Positions 57,442 through 64,000 of a DNA stretch of 64,000 nucleotides are shown one piece after another (the stretch's first letter is position 1; each line of letters starts with the position of its first letter). The translations under genes were made by a program, and so were the position numbers. The notes below the pieces were generated by a model. That model was given only the letters and a program-made list of their open reading frames with translations, was not told the DNA's origin and ran no database searches. The stretch covers positions 864,001-928,000 of the forward strand of contig CAVXWP010000001.1 in assembly GCA_963765495.1 (NCBI GenBank). Direction: 5' to 3'. Source of the DNA: Blastocatellia bacterium (lineage in GTDB: Bacteria > Acidobacteriota > Blastocatellia > UBA7656).

Positions 57442-59352
57442 ATGAGAAGACATATCCACTTTACTAAATTGCTCGTTCAAGCCGCAACAATGCTTGCGCT
57501 GCTTTTTGGCGGGGCGTCAATCTGTCTGGCTCAGGGCGCTCCTGAAATCCTAAAGGTCGAGCCGCCAAACTGGTGGGCGGGTCACACGATCAACCCTGTG
57601 CGCGTTATGATCCGAGGCCGCAACCTCGCAGGCGCAAGCGTCCAGTCGGGCAACGAGGGCATCAGCCCGGTCGGCCCCGTGAAGGTCAACAATCGGGGCA
57701 CGTATCTTTTCGTTGACGTAGCCATAAACCCTGCGGCCACTCCCGGCAAGCGCGTTCTGAAAGTCTTGACGCCCGGCGGAAGCGTTGATGCTCCGTTCGA
57801 AGTCTCGGCACCGCTCGCGCGTGCCGGGCGGTTTCAGGGAGTGACGACCGATGACGTGATCTATCTGCTGATGCCCGACCGTTTCAGCGACGGGGACACC
57901 TCGAATGACGACCCCGCAAAGTCAAAAGGATTGTTCAACCGCTCCGAGCCCCGTTATTATCACGGCGGCGATTTGCGCGGCGTAATCGAGCGATTGCCTT
58001 ATCTGAAAGACCTGGGCGTTACGGCCATATGGCTCAATCCGTGGTATGACAACAATGATCATCTGAACGAACGCGAGATGCCCGAAGGCAAACCCATAAC
58101 GGATTATCACGGCTACGGCGCTACGGATTTCTACGCCGTAGACGAGCACTTCGGCGACCTTACGACACTGCGAGAGATGGTCGATGCCGCGCACGCGCTC
58201 GGGATAAAAGTAGTTCAGGACGAGGTAGCCAATCACACCGGCCCGTATCATCCGTGGGTGACGGATGCGCCTACCGAGACGTGGTATAACGGGACCGAAG
58301 CCAGTCACATAGACGAGACGTGGCAGACGTGGCTGTTGAAGGACGCGCACGCGACTCCTGAAACGCTGCGGCCCGTGCTCGACGGGTGGTTCCTCAACAT
58401 CCTGCCCGATCTCAACCAGAACGATGAGGAGACAAGCCGTTACATCATTCAAAACACGCTCTGGTGGATAGGCGTTTCAGGGCTCGACACCGTTCGACAA
58501 GACACTCTGCCTTATGTGCCTCGCCGGTTCTGGCGCGACTGGACGCGGGCCATCAAGAGCGAGTATCCGCACGTAAACGTTATAGGCGAGACCTATGACG
58601 GCGACCCGGCTCAGGTCGCTTTTTTTCAGGGGGGCGTGCCGAGGTTTGACGGCGTAGATTCGGGCATCGACACGGAATTTGACTTCCCGCTCTTTTACGC
58701 GATACGTACCGCTTTCGCCAGTGGCAAGTCCATCAAAGCGATACCTGAAATGCTCTCGCGCGATTATCTGTATCCGAACCCTGATATCCTCGTGCCGTTT
58801 CTCGGTCTGCACGACATGCTGCGCTTCATGAACGAGCAGGGCGCAACGCGTCAGGGGTTGATGCTCGCGCAGACCTTTCTGATGACGACTCGCGGAATCC
58901 CTCTGATCTATTACGGCGACGAGATAGCGATACAGGGCGGAAACGACCCCGACAACCGGCGCGACTTTCCGGGCGGTTTCCCGGGCGATGCGCGCAACGC
59001 ATTCACAGACGAGGGGCGCACCGGCGACGAGCGCGAGGTATTCAATCACCTTCGACTGGTCGCAAACCTTCGCAAAGAATTGACCCCTCTGCGGCGGGGC
59101 GGTCTTGTGACGCTCGGCTTCACGGATGACCAGTACGCTTTCGCGCGCACTACCCTGAGCGACTGGGTTGTCGTCGTATTCAATAACGCTTCCGCGTCGG
59201 CTCAGGTAGAATTGGATTTGTCGCCGTTGAAAGCTGCGCCGGGCACGGTGCTTACCGACAGGCTCGGCGCAACCGGAGACATACGAGTAGATGGGAATAA
59301 GGCGCGCATCACTTTGCCTGCGCGCTCGGCGGCAATACTGGTAAGGAAGTGA
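57442..59352 (+). CDS. Secreted GH13 cyclomaltodextrinase/neopullulanase-like enzyme
   Basis: Signal peptide; KVEPPNWW N-domain; YLLMPDRF, HGGDLRG, VANH, RQDT, IGE, LHD catalytic regions. Confidence 0.9.
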   Translation: MRRHIHFTKLLVQAATMLALLFGGASICLAQGAPEILKVEPPNWWAGHTINPVRVMIRGRNLAGASVQSGNEGISPVGPVKVNNRGTYLFVDVAINPAATPGKRVLKVLTPGGSVDAPFEVSAPLARAGRFQGVTTDDVIYLLMPDRFSDGDTSNDDPAKSKGLFNRSEPRYYHGGDLRGVIERLPYLKDLGVTAIWLNPWYDNNDHLNEREMPEGKPITDYHGYGATDFYAVDEHFGDLTTLREMVDAAHALGIKVVQDEVANHTGPYHPWVTDAPTETWYNGTEASHIDETWQTWLLKDAHATPETLRPVLDGWFLNILPDLNQNDEETSRYIIQNTLWWIGVSGLDTVRQDTLPYVPRRFWRDWTRAIKSEYPHVNVIGETYDGDPAQVAFFQGGVPRFDGVDSGIDTEFDFPLFYAIRTAFASGKSIKAIPEMLSRDYLYPNPDILVPFLGLHDMLRFMNEQGATRQGLMLAQTFLMTTRGIPLIYYGDEIAIQGGNDPDNRRDFPGGFPGDARNAFTDEGRTGDEREVFNHLRLVANLRKELTPLRRGGLVTLGFTDDQYAFARTTLSDWVVVVFNNASASAQVELDLSPLKAAPGTVLTDRLGATGDIRVDGNKARITLPARSAAILVRK

Positions 59353-59356
59353 ATCA

Positions 59357-59438
59357 TGATGCGTGATTCGTGACGCGAGCAGGCTTGCAAATTGTCTTTA
59401 ACAGGCGAACTACCTGAAGATCACGCATCACGATTCAC
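59357..59438. repeat. Inverted heptamer array
   Basis: tgatgcgtgattcgtga ... atcacgcatcacgattcac. Confidence 0.7.
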
Positions 59439-59459
59439 TTTGGAAAGGCGATAAAGGCT

Positions 59460-60896
59460 ATGGAGAAACCGCGTCTGAGTTTCTGGCAAATCTGGAATAT
59501 GAGCTTCGGCTTTCTGGGGATACAGTTTGGCTGGGGTTTGCAACTTGCCAATATGAGCGGCATTTACACCTATCTTGGCGCTAAACCGGACAAGATACCT
59601 ATTTTGTGGCTGGCCGGGCCGGTGACGGGACTTCTGGTGCAGCCGATCATAGGCTCCATGAGTGATCGCACGTGGAATCGGCTGGGCCGCCGCCGCCCTT
59701 ACTTTCTCGTAGGCGCTATCCTTTCAAGCATCGCGCTCTTTTTCATGCCCGATTCATCGGCGCTATGGATGGCCGCCGGGTTGCTCTGGATTTTAGACGC
59801 GAGCATCAATATCAGCATGGAGCCGTTTCGCGCTTTTGTGGCCGACAAGCTGAACGTCGATCAGCGTACCGCCGGATTCGTAATGCAGAGCTTCTTTATC
59901 GGTGTAGGCGCGTCTCTGGCTAATGCGCTGCCTTACATCTTCAACGCGTATGGAGTTGATGAGGGCTATAAAAGTCAGGCCGCATCTCAGCTTGCGACGG
60001 GAGCCGCGCGGACGAATGTTATTCCTCCGAGCATCATCTATTCGTTCAAGATCGGCGCGGCTGCATTTTTGCTCGCGGTGCTGTGGACAGTCTTTACTTC
60101 AAAAGAATATCCCCCGGCGAATATGGAAGAGTTCGAGCGCAAGCGCAGCGAGCATAAAGGTATAGGCGCGGCTCTGAGGGAAGTATCATCGGCCTTCAGC
60201 GAGATGCCTCAGACGATGAAGCAACTGGCCGTGGTTCAACTCTTCACGTGGCTCGGCCTGTTTTGCATGTGGATGTTTTTTGGGCTGACCACGTCATATC
60301 ACATATTCGGCGCGACAAGCGATAAGGACCCGGCCTTTGTCGAAGGACAGGCGTGGGGCGGAATCTCGTTCGCCGTTTATTCGATAGTCTGTTTCGCGGT
60401 CGCCTTCCTTTTGCCTATGGCCGCGAAGGCTACGAGCCGTAAGACCGTGCACGCGGCGGCGCTCGTTTGCGGCGGAATCGGGTTGCTTTCGGTCTATTTT
60501 ATCCACGATAAAAACGTGCTGCTTTTGACGATGATCGGCGTAGGAATCGCGTGGGCCTCGATTCTTTCAATGCCTTACGCGATCTTGTCGGGAGCCCTGC
60601 CCCCGGCGCGAATGGGCGTCTACATGGGCATATTCAATTTCTTTATCGTCATCCCCGAGATCATCGCATCGCTCACATTCCAGCCGCTTGTAAAATACGT
60701 CTTCAACAACAACCCGCTCTATGTAGTGATGCTTGGCGGAGCGTCGATGCTGACGGCGGCCGTTCTGGTCGGATTCGTGCGTGATGTATCGGATCAAAGC
60801 CTGCCGGGCGCTGTGCTGAAGGCCGATGAGAAAGAACCGTTCATAGTTCCTGAATCCGCGCAGCCCGTGCCGAGCACAGGGCTTGTCGATGAGTAG
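59460..60896 (+). CDS. MFS maltose/sucrose-H+ symporter-like transporter
   Basis: [48 protein letters not shown]; about 12 TM helices. Confidence 0.92.
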   Translation: MEKPRLSFWQIWNMSFGFLGIQFGWGLQLANMSGIYTYLGAKPDKIPILWLAGPVTGLLVQPIIGSMSDRTWNRLGRRRPYFLVGAILSSIALFFMPDSSALWMAAGLLWILDASINISMEPFRAFVADKLNVDQRTAGFVMQSFFIGVGASLANALPYIFNAYGVDEGYKSQAASQLATGAARTNVIPPSIIYSFKIGAAAFLLAVLWTVFTSKEYPPANMEEFERKRSEHKGIGAALREVSSAFSEMPQTMKQLAVVQLFTWLGLFCMWMFFGLTTSYHIFGATSDKDPAFVEGQAWGGISFAVYSIVCFAVAFLLPMAAKATSRKTVHAAALVCGGIGLLSVYFIHDKNVLLLTMIGVGIAWASILSMPYAILSGALPPARMGVYMGIFNFFIVIPEIIASLTFQPLVKYVFNNNPLYVVMLGGASMLTAAVLVGFVRDVSDQSLPGAVLKADEKEPFIVPESAQPVPSTGLVDE

Positions 60897-60934
60897 TTGT
60901 GCGCTAATTCCAATATGTAGATCAGGCGAATAGA

Positions 60935-60961
60935 AATAGGCCGCGGCATTCGCGGCCTGTT
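60935..60961 (+). terminator. Hairpin after the MFS gene
   Basis: aataggccgcgg-cat-tcgcggcctgtt. Confidence 0.55.
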
Positions 60962-61104
60962 ACGGCAGCCCTTATATCTATTCTGGGGAAACCAGAATAG
61001 TCGTAATTCTGCTGCCGGTTCTTATTCCCTTTTCGCAAAATACGGGCTGGCCGAAGTTCGCGCCTGCCGGTAAACTGCCTGACGGAAAAGGAGATTTATC
61101 GCCT

Positions 61105-62508
61105 ATGTTGAAAACTACCCGCTCGCGTTCTTTCGTCGCTTTGCTTATCGCACTTTTTCTCGCTTTGTCCTCGGTTTCTGTAGCGGCGCAAAACAATCAA
61201 CGGGATTTCTCAAAAGAACCGGCGCGGTCTTCGCCTGATTGGGTGCCGTCGGGCGTTATCTACGAGATCAATACGCGCACCTTTTCGCCCGAAGGCAATT
61301 TCAACGGCGTCACCGCGCAACTCGACCGTTTGAAAAAGCTCGGCGTCACGATTCTCTGGCTCATGCCGATTCATACCGTAGGCCAGAAAAATAAGAAAGG
61401 CTCTATCGGCAGCCCCTACGCCGTGCAGGATTACTACGCGATAAACCCCGATTACGGTACAAAGGAAGACCTCAAGCGGCTGGTAGCCGAAACCCACAGG
61501 AGCGGCCTCAAGATCATCATCGACATAGTCGCAAACCACACGGCATGGGATTCTGTGATGATGAAAACGCCCGCCTTTTACACCCACGACGCGAGCGGAA
61601 AGATTGTCCCGCCCGTGCCGGATTGGGCCGATGTGGCCGACCTCAATTATGAAAATGCCGACCTGCGCCGCTACATGACGGACATGCTCAAATACTGGCT
61701 GAAGGAATTTGACCTGGACGGGTTCCGCTGCGATGTGGCCGGGTTTGTGCCTACGGATTTCTGGGATCAGGCGCGGGCGGAGCTTGAAAAGATAAAGCCC
61801 GACATCGTTATGCTTGCCGAATGGAACGAGCCTGACCTGATGGTCAAAGCCTTTGACCTCGACTATGCGTGGCCGTTTCACAGCGCGCTCACGCGAGTCA
61901 TCGAAAACGGAGCGCCCGCGACATCTCTGCGCGCCGTGTGGGAAGAGGAGCGCGCCCGTTTTCCTCGCGGCGCAATGCACATGCGTTTTTCGGATAATCA
62001 CGATGAGGAACGCGCCATCGCCAGATTCGGAGAGCGCGGCGCGCTTGCCGCGTCGTTTCTGGTCTTTACTATGGACGGCGTGCCGATGCTCTACAACGGC
62101 ATGGAGGTGGGCGACACTACGGAATCGGGCGCGCCCGCGCTTTTCGAGCGCCTGCCCGTCTTCTGGCAGATAGCTGAGCGCCGCCCGGAATTTCCTCGCT
62201 TTTACGATCAGATTATTGAGTTGCGGCGAAAGCACGCGGCCCTTCAGCAGGGCGAAACCGAATGGCTTCGCAATTCGGATGACTCGCGCGTATTGACTTA
62301 CACTCGCCGGGCGGGAAACGAGGAGTTTCTCGTGGCGGTCAATCTTTCGAGCCGCCCCTTCGTAGGTCTTGTCGAAGCGGCAGACGGAGCCGGATTCAAA
62401 GACGTGACTCCATTGCTTGACGATGCGCAAAAGCGCCCGGCAGTCAGTCTGCCCGCGCTTGCTCTTGACGGGTGGGATTTTCGCCTCTACACACGTTCAA
62501 TAAAATAG
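61105..62508 (+). CDS. Secreted GH13 alpha-amylase family hydrolase
   Basis: Signal peptide; LWLMPIH, GSPYAVQDY, DIVANH, GFRCDVA, LAE, DNHD. Confidence 0.92.
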   Translation: MLKTTRSRSFVALLIALFLALSSVSVAAQNNQRDFSKEPARSSPDWVPSGVIYEINTRTFSPEGNFNGVTAQLDRLKKLGVTILWLMPIHTVGQKNKKGSIGSPYAVQDYYAINPDYGTKEDLKRLVAETHRSGLKIIIDIVANHTAWDSVMMKTPAFYTHDASGKIVPPVPDWADVADLNYENADLRRYMTDMLKYWLKEFDLDGFRCDVAGFVPTDFWDQARAELEKIKPDIVMLAEWNEPDLMVKAFDLDYAWPFHSALTRVIENGAPATSLRAVWEEERARFPRGAMHMRFSDNHDEERAIARFGERGALAASFLVFTMDGVPMLYNGMEVGDTTESGAPALFERLPVFWQIAERRPEFPRFYDQIIELRRKHAALQQGETEWLRNSDDSRVLTYTRRAGNEEFLVAVNLSSRPFVGLVEAADGAGFKDVTPLLDDAQKRPAVSLPALALDGWDFRLYTRSIK

Positions 62509-62603
62509 AAAGCAGAAGCATGAACAGGGCCGTTCAGTTTTTGAATTATGGGCAATATTCGTCAGGCATTTTTGCAGGTTAATTTGAACGAAAGGCGATT
62601 TGG

Positions 62604-62706
62604 AATAGGCCGCGGATGACGCGGATGCGGCGGATTTTCGCGGATCTGAACCTGATATGGTCTAATCCGTGTAAATCCGCCGCATCCGCGTCATCCGTGG
62701 CCTATT
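62604..62706. repeat. Long inverted repeat built from (c)gcggat 9-mers, between convergent genes
   Basis: aataggccgcggatgacgcggatgcggcggattt ... aaatccgccgcatccgcgtcatccgtggcctatt. Confidence 0.85.
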
Positions 62707-62750
62707 TTCGATTTTCTTCTCTACATTTTGGGAAAACTGAATGGCCCTGA

Positions 62751-62800
62751 GGATGAAAGATCAATTTCATCCTTCATCTTTCATCTTTCATCTTTCATCC
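62751..62800. repeat. Heptamer tandem repeat ttcatc(c/t) with short inverted copy
   Basis: ggatgaaa ... tttcatccttcatctttcatctttcatctttcatcc. Confidence 0.8.
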
Positions 62801-62806
62801 TTTCTC

Positions 62807-63628
62807 TTACCACGTCCAGGTGACGCTGTAGATTTGCGCCAGTTCATTCAGGTGATTGCGCAAGCTGGCCCAATCGTTTTGCGCCTGCACGCTCAAGGGG
62901 TGGCGATTCATGAATACATTTATTCTGGCCGCCCGGTTGAGGACCGATTCTACGGTGCCCGTAGCCGCGTCTCTATCATCGAAACGATCTTTTAATTGAT
63001 CGGTCGCGGCTTCAAAGTCTTTTACAAACTGGTTGATGTCGTCTTCGCGGTTTGTGCCGTCGAGACGGCTGCGGTCGAGCGCGCTGTCCAGACTGTTGCG
63101 GAAATGGTCGGACTCTTCTTCAATGGCTCCGAGCAGGTTTTTTACGCGGTCCTGGCTCACGCGATATGGATGGTTGGTAACCCCGGTCCACGTCCAGCCT
63201 ACGTTATAAGCCTGCGCCAGTACGTCGAGATTTGCGCGCACTCTCATCCAATCCTGTCTGGTACGTTCGTTCACCGGATGAGTTATGACGAAATTGTCTA
63301 CGCTTGCTGCGCGCCTCAGAACTTCTTCTACGTTACCGGCTGCCGAGTTGTTTTCATCGAAGCGATCTTTCAGGCGATCAGTCGCCTGCGCGAAGTCCTT
63401 CATGAACTGATTTATGTTGTCTTCGGTCTGTGTTCCGTCAAGGCGAGAGTGATCAAGCGAATGATCGAGATCTTTGCGAAACATGTCTGCGTCTCTCTCA
63501 ATCCTTTGCAACAAATTCTTTAATTCCTTTTCGGTCATGCGGTGCGCGTATTGCGCTTGAACGCTTGTGAAACACCCTATGATCGAGAAGACTGCTACGA
63601 TGGCTATCAAATTCCTTACCTTTTTCAT
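62807..63628 (-). CDS. Secreted hypothetical protein with two tandem ~120-aa helical repeats
   Basis: ATG 63628 after ggaggg; signal peptide VQA-Q; repeats each with SRLDGT..ED.INQF..DF..ATD.LKDRFD and ending WTW. Confidence 0.85.
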   Translation of the reverse strand: MKKVRNLIAIVAVFSIIGCFTSVQAQYAHRMTEKELKNLLQRIERDADMFRKDLDHSLDHSRLDGTQTEDNINQFMKDFAQATDRLKDRFDENNSAAGNVEEVLRRAASVDNFVITHPVNERTRQDWMRVRANLDVLAQAYNVGWTWTGVTNHPYRVSQDRVKNLLGAIEEESDHFRNSLDSALDRSRLDGTNREDDINQFVKDFEAATDQLKDRFDDRDAATGTVESVLNRAARINVFMNRHPLSVQAQNDWASLRNHLNELAQIYSVTWTW

Positions 63629-63722
63629 TTTACCCTCCTGTTCGATTATCAAAGCCTTTATGCCGTATGGATACATAGTCTGTATGGTTAGGCTGCATCC
63701 GAAGTATCTCTACCCGTAAAGC

Positions 63723-63739
63723 TGCAACCACCGTGCCAG
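63723..63739 (-). promoter_or_regulatory. Sigma-54 (-24/-12) promoter
   Basis: CTGGCACGGTGGTTGCA, matches YTGGCACGRNNNTTGCW, 95 bp upstream of ATG 63628. Confidence 0.8.
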
Positions 63740-63947
63740 TACCGTGGGTGAGCCGCTCATTCCTGTTCAGGCTTGGTTCGTCACTTTATATGAACGGTTG
63801 GTTCCAAATCCGATGACAGGCGTTGTCGATCCTTGTAGACTGTACGGTGGCCGGTACTGCCCTCTGGAAAGCCAGTTGAACCGGCCTTGCAGGCAAAATC
63901 AATCAACATTTCGGCCCTGTGTCGTTACGTCCGGCAGGATAGATCAG

Positions 63948-64000
63948 ATGGAAATCATGAGAGATTCTTTTACCCGAAAGATAATATTTGTCCTCGCGCT
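63948..64000 (+). CDS. Possible start of a secreted protein cut by the window edge
   Basis: MEIMRDSFTRKIIFVLA..., signal-peptide-like; too short to verify. Confidence 0.3.
   Translation, partial: MEIMRDSFTRKIIFVLA

Noticed and set aside
1-64000. tRNA, rRNA, riboswitch, transposase, integrase or prophage genes
   Set aside because: No recognisable signatures by eye; an Infernal/Rfam scan of 9000-9240, 20462-20610, 34954-35388, 39394-40039 and 43397-43649 would be needed to exclude structured RNAs

Overview
64 kb of bacterial chromosome with no rRNA, tRNA, CRISPR array or transposase visible. Gene content (Oar-type TonB-dependent receptors, multiple CRTAC1/ASPIC-UnbV + TPR genes, wHTH-TolB-TPR regulator, TPR-CHAT) suggests Acidobacteriota, probably Blastocatellia; this is an inference. 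Layout: (1) 1-1 kb, 3' part of a flavin oxidoreductase; (2) 1.1-15.9 kb, a signalling/export island with a membrane wHTH-TPR regulator, a small HTH protein, an exported TPR-CHAT caspase-like protease, an ECF sigma factor, a membrane anti-sigma, then several secreted beta-rich proteins, an outer-membrane barrel and a periplasmic partner. Four intergenic copies of TGAAAYG-N14-GNCAG precede the sigma, the anti-sigma and both downstream secreted-protein units; this is the best candidate for an undescribed protease-gated ECF regulon controlling a surface-export system. (3) 16-20 kb, acyl-CoA ligase/CitE-type lyase/MaoC hydratase operon; (4) cold-shock gene, integrin-like FG-GAP protein, and a second ECF/FecR/heme-protein unit; (5) 25-62.5 kb, a carbohydrate-utilisation region with two TonB receptors, four CRTAC1 paralogs, TPR proteins, an AraR-type regulator, fructoside GH32-like enzyme/kinase/ABC transporter and alpha-glucan enzymes; (6) a secreted repeat protein with a near-consensus sigma-54 promoter. 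Many intergenic gaps contain palindromes built from 7-9-bp repeats or REP-like elements. All product calls come from reading motifs by eye; no database searches were run.
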